A DNA stretch of 64,000 nucleotides from the NCBI RefSeq assembly GCF_001194135.2, contig NC_068992.1, positions 58,203,911-58,267,910 on the forward strand, given 5' to 3'. The notes under the pieces were generated by a model. That model was not told the origin of the DNA and searched no databases. It worked only from the letters and a program-made list of their open reading frames with translations. This DNA comes from Octopus bimaculoides. Lineage: Eukaryota. The position numbers were made by a program, and so were the translations under genes. Positions 1 to 12,725 of this stretch are shown here, one piece after another (position 1 is the stretch's first letter; every line of letters starts with the position of its first letter).

Positions 1-304
1 ATCACCATACCCGACGTGTTGCCACCACCACTAACACCACCACTTCCCGCCACCACCATCATCATTATCATATCTATCATTGTCACCAGTGACTCTATGT
101 AACACATCACAGACTCCATCTCTACTATCTTAGCCAGTTTCCACATTCACAACTACTGCTTCCATTCACTACCAACACTGCGAGTTACAGTGTGGTTACT
201 TGCTTGACCTTCTAGAAATAGATGCTAAATTCCCCTCTTGCTATACATTACTGTCTCGTAAAAAGGAAGGATATGATGACTGATGTACACCTGAAGACCA
301 TGTT

Positions 305-442
305 TTAACCACCTTGCTACCAATTTGTTTGAGTCTGCTTGGGTTCCTGTTTTAAAGTGATCTAAATAAAAACCTGTTGAAATTTCACATTTATGTTCCA
401 AACACCCAACTTAATAATTGTTTCAAATTCTGGCACAAGGCC

Positions 443-475
<33 letters not shown>

Positions 476-687
476 GTGGTTTAACCGATAATCTAACTTC
501 CTGTACTTGAGTGGTACTTCATTATATTAACCATGAAAGGCAAAGTTGACCTCGGTAGTTTTTTTTAACTCAGGAATGTTGCTAAGCTTATTCACTGATG
601 CACTATTTTACTAAATTCATTATTTTCAAAATGAAATGAAAGCAAAACTGGATATTTCGGCAGAAATGTGATGACAAAAGGGGTCAA
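305..687. mobile_element. Second TTAA-bounded MITE family (G), interrupted by a family B SINE
   Basis: Shares gaaatttca..ttatgttccaaaca and tttactaaattc..ttattttcaaaat with 38753-38921, 58197-58400 and 53830-54478 (inverted); degenerate termini. Confidence 0.5.
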
Positions 688-1967
688 AGAAAAATAAGGG
701 CTGGTCAAGATTGTAAAGTTTTCCTCATAGTTCTGTTCAATCAGCAGCAACTTGGGGGGGGGCAAGGCATCACCACTATCCCTATCATCACAATCATTAT
801 TTGTTGTCCACTTTTCCATGCTTGCATGGGTCAGATGAAGTTTGTTGAGGCAGATTTTCTATGGCTGGATGCCCTTCTTGTTGCCAACCCTTACTTTAAA
901 GGCTGTCCAGCTGTAGAAACAATGCCAAAGTAGAACTTGGTGCAGCCCTCTTACTTGACAGTTTCTGTTGAATCCTCCAACCCATGCCAGCATGGAAGAA
1001 GGGATGTTTAATGACAATTCTGTCCAACACTGATGACCCTGCCAGTTTACTGTCACTTTAGTTATGCCACTTCACATCTTGGGTTCAAATCCACTGCCTT
1101 GGATGACAGCAAATTTTAGATGACCCTTGGTTGCTAAGATAAGCACCAACCAAATACTGGAGGTTGGTTTAGTCTCCCAAATGAATGACCATACACATAT
1201 GTTCAGTGTCAGACAAAATGCTTTGCCATATTTCTTCTGCTTCTTTATTTACTGAGTTCAAATCTTGAGCTCAGTTTTGCTTCTCGGCTTTCTTAGTTAC
1301 ACAAAGTATCAATCAAATACTGGGATCAATATAACTGACGGTTCCGTTTCCCAAAATTTCTGGCCTTGTGCTGATGTAAAAACTGTTGTCATAAGCAATG
1401 TTTACATCTAGTCAGAGGTTAATTTTGCCTTTCTTCTTTTCAGAGTCAAGAATATGAAGTACAGTCTAGTACTAGGGTTGGCAGTATTGACTACTTCCCT
1501 TCTGCTCAAAATCCCTGGCCTTGTGCCTAAACCAGAAACTATTATATTAAAGGCTCTGAGTTGACAGACTTGTTAGAGTGCCAGAATAATTCTCTTGTGG
1601 CATTTCTTCCATCTCTTTATTTTGCTCAAGTCAACTTTGCCTTTTATCCCTCTGGGGTCAGTAAAATAAAGTACCAGAGTAGCACTGGGGACAATGGCTT
1701 TGACCACAAAATTGCTGGCTTTGACCACAAAATTACTGGCTTTGTGCCTGAATCAGAAACCATTATTTTTGTTAATTATAGCTGTGGTATTAAGAAGTAC
1801 ACTTTGCAGTCATGTGGCTTTGGGTTCAGTCTCACAGCTTGGCATCTTGAGTGTCTTCTACTGTAGACCTGGGCTGATTAATTCTTTGTGAGTAAAATTG
1901 CTAGATGAAAACTGTTTCAAAACACATTATATATACGTGTGTTTGTGTGTGTACACAGGCATATCAC

Positions 1968-2405
1968 ATCATTTAATGTCCACTTTTTCCTTGCTTGCAT
2001 GGGCCAGGCAGAATTTGTTAAGGTACATTTTCTAAGGCCAGACACCCTTCTTGTTGCTAATCCTCATCTTTTTCCAAGTAATGCAGCATTTCCCATGACC
2101 AGATATCGTTTTTTTTTTTATAACAGATTGGAAATGAACATTACTTGTATGCTTGTTTATAGCCATCATGTAATGTCAAGACAAAGGTATACACACACAC
2201 ACACACACATGCATGCATATAACAGACTTCTTTCAGTTTCCATCTACTGAATTCACCAGCACCTTGGGGCAAGTGTCTTTCTCTGAAGCCTGACGCTATA
2301 TTAGAAAACACTTGCCCAAGGTGCTCGTGCTGTGCAGTTGGATGGAACCCAAGATTACATGGTTGGGAAGCAAGTTTCCTAACCCCTCAGTCATGCTTCT
2401 GCACC
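1968..2405 (-). mobile_element. Composite SINE: family A head with a family-C-type tail
   Basis: A head at 2221-2405, (CA)n, then a tail related to the family C core. Confidence 0.65.
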
Positions 2406-2741
2406 TCCTCCCCCCACACAATTGGTCAGTTGTTTATATGTCTGAAAAAAAAAAAAAAAAGCACATTTTAAAAGCTATTTTGAACTGTAATATATTATGT
2501 CGTTGTTGGACATGATTGGTCAGAAAGTTACCTTTGGTTTCACATCTATTTTTGCTTTGAGCAATATAGGTGATTCAGGAGACTTACTGGCCAGAGGAGC
2601 ATAACCTCTTCAATTGGTCAGTAGGTCGGCTGAGTTTCCTATATTGCTAAGTGCACTAATAGACGTGAAACCATTGATAACTTTCTGATCAACCAAAACC
2701 AATGACTGCATAAAAACATAGATACATACATTTATATATTG

Positions 2742-2855
<114 letters not shown>

Positions 2856-3077
2856 ATTGTGTATTTCTTTGTATCTCATCTCTTTACAACTGGAGTTGGT
2901 TTGTTTATGTCCTTGTAATCTGGTGGTTCAGTAAAAATATGCAAAAAGGTGGAATAAGTACAAGATTTAAAAAACAAAAATGTACTGGGTTTGATTTGAT
3001 CAACTAAAACCCTTGAAGGGCTGCAGACTGTGAAACCGAATTATCAACATTATAATAATAATAATAATAATGATAAT

Positions 3078-3464
3078 AATCCTTTTTGTTATAGGCCCAA
3101 GGCCTGAAATTTTGTGGTGGGGGACTGACTGGTTGATTACATCGACCCCAGTGTTTCACTGGTACTTCATTTATCAACCCTGAAAGAATGAAAGGCAAAG
3201 TTGCTCTCAGCAGAATAATAATAAAGATAATAATTATTTCAAATTTTTGCCACAAGGGCAGCTTGGGGAGGTGGAGATGAGTCGATTTCATCGCCTCCAG
3301 TATGTGACTGGTACTTATTTAATCGACCCCGAAGGGATGAAAGGCAAAGTCGACTTCAGCGGGATTGGAACTCGGGATGTTCCGGCGGACAAAATGCCGC
3401 TAAGCATTTCACCCGGCATGCTAACAATTCTGCCAGCTCGCCGCCGTAATACTAATACTAATAC

Positions 3465-3506
<42 letters not shown>

Positions 3507-3880
3507 TTGTGAGCTGGCATTAAGGTGGCAAGCTGACTGAATTGTCAAACACACTGGGCAAAATGCTCAGCAGCCTTTCGTCCATCTTTGTATTCTGAGT
3601 TCAAATGCCGCCGGGATCGACTTTGCCTGCATCTTTTCAGCGGCTCGATAAAATAAGTACCAGTTAAATACTGGGGTCGATGTAATTGACCGTTCCTCCT
3701 CCTCCCCCAAGCTTGTTAGCCTTGTGCCAAAATTTGAAATCATCATCATCGTCATCGTCATCATCTTTATCACGATTATGCTGATGTTGACTTTGCCTTT
3801 CATCATTTTCAGATCGACAAAGTAAGTACCAGTCATGTACTGGGGTCGATGTAATTAACTAGCCCCCTCCTACAAAATTT
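3078..3880. mobile_element. Cluster of family B SINEs (minus 3078-3216 and 3236-3446; plus 3521-3742 and 3783-3880)
   Basis: Shared gaaaggcaaagtcgac / gtcgactttgcc core, separated by TAA/ATC microsatellites. Confidence 0.8.
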
Positions 3881-5044
3881 CATTATTATTATTATTATCA
3901 TCATTATTATTATTATTACCATTATTATTATTATTATTATTATTATAATTCTTCTTTGCTTCCTCTCACCTCACTACTCTCTTTCTGTTCATCAAATGTT
4001 TCTATTTATGGAACGCCAATAATGCTGTAACCTTTATTTTCCCCTGCTCATAACTCCCACCTCATCCACTTCCATTCATTCTTCTTTTCTTTACCATTCA
4101 CTCCAAAATTCTTCATTCCTTTAGTCTTCTCCTTTATTTACTCTCTCTCTCTCTCTTTCCCTCTCTCTCTATCTCTCTCTTTCCCTCTCTCTCTCTCTCC
4201 CTCCCTCTACTCCCACACTTCTCCTCTCTGCATACATTGACACTTTTAACATTCACACATACAACTATATACATGTATGATACTCTCACACACATAAATA
4301 CATACATGCACACGTATACAAACACACACACACACACACACACACTTTTATACATACGTATGCACATTTGCACTTGAATACGTACATGTTGCAAGCAGAT
4401 ACAAACATACATGCACATAGAGAATTTACAAATTTGCCAAAAATTGACGAACACCAATCTGCATATCTACGCTTAGACATGTCAAGACACAAGCACTAGT
4501 GCATAAGCACAGGTACACATGCACATACACGCACCAACCCACACATACATGCAAATATACATACATGTACAATCACCTGCAGATTTATACAACCCTATTT
4601 ATATTGACATATACTCTCTTTCTCTCTCTCTGTCACACAAACACGCACTTGCACTCACTCACTCACTCATACACACAATAATATGCAAACATGTACAATC
4701 CTACATAAATGTATGTGTGTGTGTGTGTGTGTGTGTGCGTATAAACACATGCGCACACACATTAATACACACAAACACACACTCATATGTACTTATGTGT
4801 TCACTTGATTTTAACTGAATGTTTTGCAACAGATGTATTTGAATGCTACTCCTTTTGTGTCTACCCATCGCTATTATCTTCCTGTATTCACATTTTTAGA
4901 CAGGAATGTAAATACCAAACTATCGCCATGACGGGAAAATTCCTCTAGGCTGTTTTCCACTGACAAAATAAACCGAGGGATTTCATATTTAATATTCTTC
5001 CTGTGAAAATTCATTTGTTTGTTTTCCTTTTTTTTTACCTTCAG

Positions 5045-5069
5045 TTTCTTAGAAAAGAGGAAGAAAAAG
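5045..5069 (+). CDS. Candidate small coding exon (FLRKEEEK) of an unidentified spliced ORF
   Basis: Very strong acceptor (tttgtttgttttcctttttttttaccttcag); moderate donor AAG|gtttga; phase 0 to 1. Confidence 0.3.
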
Positions 5070-5157
5070 GTTTGATCCCTGCCAAGTCTTTCTTGTTGTT
5101 GTTGGGCCCCAGGCCAGCCCCGAATGAGCATAGCTGTGATCGTTTTGTCTTTTTATG

Positions 5158-5980
5158 GACATAATGTATCTAGGACTATATTATGTAATGTGATGGCTGT
5201 GGTTTGAGAGAAATTTGGTTGCCATCTTCTTGCAGGTCATAATCATCATCATCATCATCATCATCGTTTAACGTCCGCTTTCCATGCTAGCATGGGTTGG
5301 ACGATTTGGCTGAGGACTGGTGAAACCGGATGGCAACACCAGGCTCCAGTCTAATTTGGCAGAGTTTCTACAGCTGGATGCCCTTCCTAATGCCAACCAC
5401 TCAGAGAGTGTAGTGGGTGCTTTTACGTGTCACCCGCACGAAAACGGCCACGCTCGAAATGGTGTCTTTTATGTGCCACCCGCACAAGCCAGTCCAGGGG
5501 CACTGGCAACGATCTTACTTGGCTTGCCGGGTCTTCTCACGCACAGCACATTTCCAAAGGTCTCGGTCAGTAGTCATGTATCCATTTAATGTGCAGTCTG
5601 TGTTTTGAGAGAAATTTGGTTGCTGTTTTGCAAGTCATAGTGTATCTAGGGCTGTATCATTTAATGTGCTGTCTGATTTAAGAGCAATACGGTCACTGTG
5701 TTTTTGCAGGTCATAATGTACCTAGGATTACACTATTTAATGTGCTGTCTATGATTTGAGAGAAATTTGGTTGTTGTGTTTTGCAGGTCATTGTGTATAT
5801 AGGACTATACATGGTGTCCATAAAGTCCCTTTACAATATTGAGTTTAAAAGTATGGAAGTTGTAAAGATAATTCATAGACAATCTAAATTACTTACTGTG
5901 TTGGCTGTGATTTAAGAGAAATTTAGTTGCTGTATTTTGCAGGTCATAGTGTATCTAAGACTACATTATCTAGTGTGTCC
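5158..5980 (+). repeat. Degenerate ~75-80-bp tandem array interrupted by a family C copy
   Basis: Unit gtatctagg..atttaatgtgctgtct..tttgagagaaatttggttgc..ttgcaggtcat, five to six copies. Confidence 0.7.
5243..5577 (-). mobile_element. Family C: 5'-truncated RTE LINE 3' end (ORF end, 3' UTR, (GAT)n tail), young copy
   Basis: Minus frame 5577-5515 reads MTTDRDLWKCAVREKTRQAK*. The 3' UTR core ggttggcattaggaagggcatccagctgtagaaac..ccatgctagcatggaaagcggacgttaaacgatgatgat recurs at 13585, 15400, 32390 and 40930. Confidence 0.75.
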
Positions 5981-6640
5981 TATATTATTTTAAAAGATGG
6001 TAAAATATGATTTGTTATTTCTTACAATAGGATAGATTATCTGATATATCCTATTTAAAAAAAAAAAATATTAGCGTGCAATTTGAAGGAGATTTGGTTA
6101 CTATTCCTAATAGGCCAGTCTGGCATTCCCATACCCAATGAACTCTTTTTCCTTAAGATGACTGCTATTTCTAGCTAGTTGATTATCCACATGTAGACTT
6201 CTTCAGCTTAGCTTTTCAAGTGTTTCATTCATCTGTGTCCATTTTGTGTATGTTTTTATGCATATATGTCTATGTAATACATACATACATACTATACATA
6301 TATTTTAGCTACTGTTGCCCTTACAGACATGTAAACACCTTGCCTTTATATAAACAGCTGTATGTACAGGTAAAGAGTGATCAGGTAGTCTAGTTTCAGT
6401 CCTGTGTTGGGATTTCCTCACCCACTAACTACTTCTTTAAATGCCTATGGACTATGGAAACACTGCTTTTAAATCCACTATTATAAAGGGATGAATTAAA
6501 TTGGTTAGACCAATTTGCATATATAATATATTGTTGATAGCTTGTAATAGTTGTTTGTAAGAAGTGCCTCATGGACATTTGGAAGAGCACTTTGTTACTG
6601 ATGAAATCCATACTCATTTACACACACACATATATATATT

Positions 6641-6872
6641 CTCTTTTACTTTTTTACTTGTTTCAGTCTTTTGACTGTGGCCATGCTGGAGCACCGCTTT
6701 TAGTCGAGCAAATCGACCCCAGGACTTATTCTTTTGTAAGCCTAGTACTTATTCTATCGGTCTCTTTTTGCCGAACCGCTAAGTTACGGGGCCGTAAACA
6801 CACCACCATCGGTTGTCAAGCGATGTTGGGGGGGATAAACACAGACACACAAACATATACACACACACATAC

Positions 6873-6918
<46 letters not shown>

Positions 6919-7087
6919 CATACGACGGGCTTCTTTCAGTTTCCATCTACCAAATCCACTCACAAGGCTTTGGTCGAACCGAGGCTATAGTAGAAGACAC
7001 TTGCCCAAGGTGCCACGCAGTGGGACTGAACCCGGAACCATGTGGTTGGTAAGTAAGCTACTTACCACTCAGCCACTCCTACGCCTG
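6641..7087 (-). mobile_element. Family A+D tRNA-derived CORE-like SINE, full length, young
   Basis: tRNA-like head, caccttgggcaagtgtcttctactatagcc (CORE-like), internal (TA)n, and a 3' half ending ccagcatggccacagtcaaaagactgaaacaagtaaaa. Confidence 0.85.
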
Positions 7088-7845
7088 TATATATATATAT
7101 ATATATAGGTATGAAGAGAAGATAATAATCACTATAAATTGGCCCAGGAGGAATAAGTCAACAACAGAACCTCTTTGCATTGGCTTGACATGCTAGAAAT
7201 GGCAGGCAAACTCACATCACTTTCTATCATCTACCAGCTATGATATGATAGATAATGCAGTCGAGGACTTATTAATTATGCCTGGAGTGGTGGATGGCGG
7301 AGTAAAACCCGAACAAATATAGGATGATCTCTGCGGGAATGTTTTTGATCACAGGTCTGCTTGATCAGAGCTAATCTGGGGATAAACTATACCAACACTA
7401 TCATCGCTATCATCGTTACAACCAACAATAATTGCTTCAATATTTACAGCTGTTTTACATCTGAAAGTATGAGTAGCTGGAGCAGGGTGGTGGGGAGATA
7501 CGAATAAGAAACCTAACCAGTTTGTTATTGCATAAAAATTGCTTGCTTGTTTTGTGGTTTAATCCATATGTAGGCTACACCAGATATGGAATTAATTCCA
7601 TTCATATTGGATTGCAATTAAACTGCAGAACTGACACGACCAACCACTGCTAACGGGGGAAAAAAAAACAAAAACTTTCTAAATTAAAGCAAAATATTAA
7701 ACAAAAAGGAAAGTGAAACAAAATAAAGCAAATTTCATCAATTTATAAGTATCTATCCGCCATATATCTGATGTCTGTTTCACCAGTTTTATGCTGCCAA
7801 AATGATAGACTTTGATCTTGTACTCTGGTTTTCCTTCATTCCCAG

Positions 7846-7876
7846 AAGCAGATAAATCTTTTACATTTTACTGTTG
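7846..7876 (+). CDS. Candidate small coding exon ((E)ADKSFTFYC) of the same putative ORF
   Basis: Acceptor ctctggttttccttcattcccag; donor TTG|gtatga; open in phase 1 to 2. Confidence 0.35.
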
Positions 7877-7934
7877 GTATGATAATATTAATGATGATGA
7901 AAATGATCATAATAATAATAATAATAATTGTTTT

Positions 7935-8112
7935 AATTTAGATGCAAGGCCAGCAATTTTAGGGTTAGTGGGTCACACAGACAATCATGGTATTCGACTG
8001 GTACTTTATTTTATCAACCCTGAAAGGATGAAAGGCAAAATTGACTTTGGAGGAACTTGAACTTGGAATGTAAAGAACTGGAATAAATACTTGCCCTGTC
8101 AATCCATCAATG

Positions 8113-8147
<35 letters not shown>

Positions 8148-9000
8148 TTCTACTATAGGCACAAAACCTGAAATTTTGGGGGAGGGGACTAGTCGATTAC
8201 ATCAACCCCAGTGTTTCACTGGTACTTAAGGCAAAGTCAACCTTAGCGGAATTTGAACTCTGTACATAAGGTGGACAAAATGCTAAGCACTTTGCCTGGC
8301 ATGTTAGCATTTCTGGCAGTGTGCCACCTTAATAATAATAACAATCCTTTCTACTATGGGCACAAGGCCTGAAATTGTGGGGGAGGGGGCCAGTCGATTA
8401 CATCAACCCCAGTGTTTCACTGGTACTGAATTTATCGACCTCAAAAGGGTGAAAGGCAAAGTCAACTATAGCAGAATTTGAACTTAGAACATAGCAACAG
8501 GCGAAATACTGCTAAGCTTTCCGTTCATAAAAATAATGATGATTTCAAATTTTGGCACAAGGCCAGCTATTTTACAGGAGGGAGTAAGTTGATTACATCA
8601 ACCCCAGTGCTCAACTAGTACTTATTTTTATCGACCCTGAGTGGATGAAAGGCAAAGTCAACCTTGGTGGAATTTGAACCCAGAATATAAAGAGCCAGAG
8701 GAAATGCTGCTAAATATTTTATCTGACACACTGTCTCTGTTGGTTTGTCAATATTAGCTAATAATAATAATAATATTAATAATCCTTTGTACTATAGGCA
8801 GAGGGCCTGAAATTTGCTGGAGGTAAGGGTTAGTTGATTGTATCAACTTCAATGCTCAGCAGCTATTTTTTTTGTTGGCCCTGAATGGATGATAGGTAAA
8901 GTCAACCTTGGCAAAATTTGAACTCAGACTGTAAAGAATTGGCAGAAATGTAGCTCAGTATTTTGTCCAGTGTGCTAATGATTCTGCCAGCTTGTCTGAC
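7935..9000 (-). mobile_element. Chain of five co-oriented family B SINEs
   Basis: Five successive copies of the aaggcaaagtcaac core, separated by (TAA)n-like tails. Confidence 0.8.
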
Positions 9001-9325
9001 AACAATGATCGTGTTGATTTCTTTGTGAGCCCCAAGGGTTCGAAGTGATACAATGAAATGTTAACGACAGCAGAGTTTACATTGCGTTTTGAGCTGGACA
9101 AAGTTATATAAAAACATGGGTGGGGGTGATGAGATTCTACAATAGGCGGATTAAAAATTATACAAAATAAATATGTGAATATTATAAATAACAAAACACA
9201 GAAATAAAAGATAATTTATTGGGTTAAACGTCTTAATGTTAATCTCATTTTAATATTTCTGTCTGTCTTTCCCTCCTCTATCTTCTCTGCCTGCCTGTCT
9301 GTCTGACTCTGTCTGTCTGTCTCTC

Positions 9326-9358
<33 letters not shown>

Positions 9359-9501
9359 GTCTCTCTCTGTCTCTCTCTCTGTCTCTTTGTTTGTCTCTAT
9401 TTGTCTGTCTCCCTATCTCTCCCTCTCTGTCTGTCTGTCTCTCACTAGAATATTTCCCTTTATTTGTATGAGGAAAAGGAAAGTGTTCAATCAATAAATT
9501 G

Positions 9502-9541
<40 letters not shown>

Positions 9542-9584
9542 CTCTCTTTCTCTCTCTATCTATCTCTCTTTCTCTCTATCTCTC

Positions 9585-9660
<76 letters not shown>

Positions 9661-9928
9661 TCTATGTGTACATTTCTGAACACACGTGTGTTTAATTCCA
9701 GAGCCAAAAGGTCCTGTTGCTAAAATTGGTTCTGTGTCCAGTCAGCCATGCCAAATTGTCAGTGTCTAAAATGCTGTGCCCTTTTGTCTCATCGTGCGCA
9801 GTAGTGTCTACTCTGTTAATCTCTTCCATTACTGCTCTTTCATAGCTATGAATCTGTTCGTCTCATACTTTTTACCTCTCTCGTCATCTTGCTTAAAATC
9901 ATCGCTTTCTTTTTTAATCTCCTATCAG

Positions 9929-9966
9929 TCAGGGGGACTCTGTAGGCTCTCTAAGTCTTGCAATTG
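9929..9966 (+). CDS. Candidate small coding exon (QGDSVGSLSLAI) of the same putative ORF
   Basis: Acceptor cgctttcttttttaatctcctatcag; donor TTG|gtgagg; open in phase 2 to 1. Confidence 0.4.
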
Positions 9967-10410
9967 GTGAGGCAGCCACATTAGTGCTGATCTCATGAAG
10001 AAAAGACCAGTACACGCTGTAAAGTAGCTGGCATTAGGAAGGACAACCAACTGTAGAAACCATGCTAAAACAGACATTAGAACACGATACAATCCTCCAC
10101 CTTATTGATTCCTGTTGACATGTCTGACCCATATCCAATTCCATGCCCAATCTATGTCCAACTCATACCAGCATTAGTTAACTGGGCAATTGAATGCTAA
10201 GTGGCAATGCTGGAGCTCCATCATAGTAATAAAGATGAGGTCTTGTCATGCAGAAACTTTAGAGCGTAAGTGAAAGTGTATATGTGTATTTATGTATACA
10301 TACGCCACATGTGCATTAATTTATGTATGCTATCTATTGCAGTGCTTCATTTGATTATAGTAGGTAACATATGTAAACTCGATGCAGGGTTGGATCATAA
10401 TACAGCTAGT

Positions 10411-10662
10411 GGAGGCACATGGCTTAGTGGTTAGGGTGTTGAACTCATGATCATAAGATTGTGGTTTCAATTCCTGGACCAAGCAACACGTGTTCTTGAG
10501 CAAAACACTTCATTTCACATTGCTCCAGTTGACTCAGCTGTCAAAAATGTGTAATCTTGTGACAGACTGGCGTTTTGTGCAGGTGGGGAATTTATACCCC
10601 ACGAAACTGGGAAACCGGCCCTTATGAGCTGGCATAACTTGAGAAGGTAACTTTACCTTACC
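10411..10662 (+). mobile_element. Family F tRNA-derived SINE
   Basis: A box TGGCTTAGTGG 10420-30; B box GGTTTCAATTCC 10463-74; a partial minus copy lies at 46590-46688. Confidence 0.7.
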
Positions 10663-10844
10663 ATAATACAACTCATGGTATCTGTATTGTGGTACTAACA
10701 CCTACTTGTGCATACACACATGCACATGCATGCACTTTTTATATTGGGAAAAAAATAGACATAAACTTGTTTATGGTAATGTACAGATTTATATATTATG
10801 GACCAATAAATCCATTCATTATTGTTGTTATTAAGGTGGCAAGC

Positions 10845-11245
10845 TGACAAAATCGTTAAATGTGTTGGGAAAAATGCTGATTGGCATTTCTTCCAGTTCT
10901 TTATATTGTGAGTTCAAATCCTGATTGCTTTTGGCCAAAACACTTTATCGTCAAAGGCCAAGTTGACCAAATTCTAGCCCCTGATACTCCAGGGTTGTAT
11001 AGTTTTGTTTTTCATTGTCAACATCAGCAGCCAAAATTGGGATCCTGTAAGTGGTTACTCGATATGCTAGAGATAGCAGCCAAATCCCCTTCAAATTGTG
11101 CTCTACTGTTTTAAATAAGCGATGACGGACACATTACATGATTGTAGTCTTACACACCTCTAATAAGACAGGATGGTCATGACTGAAAAGCCTTTTATTA
11201 CAGGTCTATTTAATCAGGGTTGCCTTGAGCTAAGCAGCAGTATTA
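10845..11245 (+). mobile_element. Family B head joined to a family E tail
   Basis: E tail gctagagatagcagccaaatcccc..acaggatggtcatg..gatcagggtt; related tails at 7185-7400, 33640-34010 and 45655-45730. Confidence 0.55.
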
Positions 11246-11869
11246 ACTGTACTGTATGTCCACCAATAAATGTGTTGCTATGGAGGCAGTGCTCCAGTTT
11301 GGGCTTGGACATGATGGCTAAACCAGACTGAAAAACCTAAATAGGATATAACGTTTAATTGATCTACTGATGTTGTTTAATTAATATAACTTTCATGTTA
11401 ATAGGAATAGGCATGGTTGTGTAGTTTAGGAGTTTGTTTCAAAATTAACATATTTTGTGTTCAATCCCACTGCACAGCACCTTGGGCAAATTTCTTCTAC
11501 TATGGCTTCAGTCCATTCAATGCTCAGTGCATGATTTTTGTATACAGAAAAATCTATGGATGCCCATCGTGTGTGTGGGTGTATCTTTTTAGTGTTGACT
11601 GTCTGGAATAAAAGAGTATTCAGGACCAAAGTAGAGATTAATAATACTTTGTTTTAGTCAAATCAGCCTCTTGTTACTCACTTAGCATTTATTTTGCATT
11701 CTTTTTCTTTTTCTCCATGCTGGCATGGGTTGGACAAATGCATACTGAGGCATTGTTTTGAAATGTGGATGGTCTTCCAGTTAACCTTTGCCTGTTTTTT
11801 TTTTTTAAGAAAAGGGTTTTTTTAAAAGGCATTTTATTCCACTTGGCTTCATTTGGCTTTGAAAGTACA

Positions 11870-12725
11870 GAGCTACAAACAGGATAATTTGTTAGCAGGA
11901 AATGTCACCAAGGGTCCCTTCAGAGTTTCTTAGATCAAGACAAGGGTCCAGTCTCTTATTGGCTCCCTGAAGGACTGCATTTTGTCTGTCTCTGTTGCAG
12001 GTGACAATGTCAAAGTTGTTGGCCATTTCACTATTTTGGCAGTGTGATCCATTGCAGCATAGGCTGCAAGTCCGAAATCTTAAAAAGACTTGGACATGCT
12101 GGTGTAATAGGGTGTTTGGTACTGCTGGTATCTGCACAGGAGGACAAAAGTTCATCTCTCTGATCCTTCCTGTTTTACTGTATAGTTATGAGACTTGGAC
12201 ACTATCCGGGGCCCTTAGGGGCTGCTTGAACTCCTTCAGTACCAGGATGCCTTGTAGGATTATGGGTTACCGTGGGTTGGATTTCATATGCAGCCAACAC
12301 CTTTACTGAGAAACTAGGACATGTCCTGTCATATAATTCAGGTGTGTCAACTCAAACTGTTTGGTTATGTTACTTGATTTTCTGAGTTGGATCCTGAATG
12401 TCGTATCCTCTTCTCTGAGGATCTGGCTGCAGTGATAGCTTGTGCTGGTCAGCCACATGCTACATGGTCAAGCCGGATGAGGAAGTATTTTGCAGAGATG
12501 GGAACTGACTGTGACACTGATCAGAGGGTTATCCAGGATGACCGAAGCAGATACTGAAAAATGCTGGGTGTCACATGGTCAAGTCATATGAGGAAGTACC
12601 TCACAGAGATAGGAATTTACTGGGACACTGATCAGAGGGTTAGCCATGATGATCAAAGCAAATACTGAAAAAATAGCGGATGCAGTGGTGTGCTGCAACA
12701 GTGCATGTCCCTATACATGACCTGA
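11870..12725 (+). mobile_element. Degenerate RTE-type LINE 3' fragment (reverse transcriptase C-terminal region)
   Basis: Broken frames give IKTRVQ..SVSVAGDNVKVVGHFT, LILPVLLYSYETWTLS..LNSFSTRMPCRIMGYR, QLKLFGYV, GQPHATWS; ends in gacctga. Confidence 0.8.

Noticed and set aside
5310-5330. CTGAGGA..GAAAC in family C
   Set aside because: Only 5 nt between the core halves and no pairing; stem II cannot form.
6327-6369. Candidate 43-nt exon (HVNTLPLYKQLYVQ)
   Set aside because: Plausible splice sites, but it fits the exon chain only through an alternative acceptor at 9933 and by dropping other exons; left unresolved.
10411-10480. tRNA gene
   Set aside because: A and B boxes continue into SINE bodies and no complete cloverleaf is evident; the same applies to family A and B heads.
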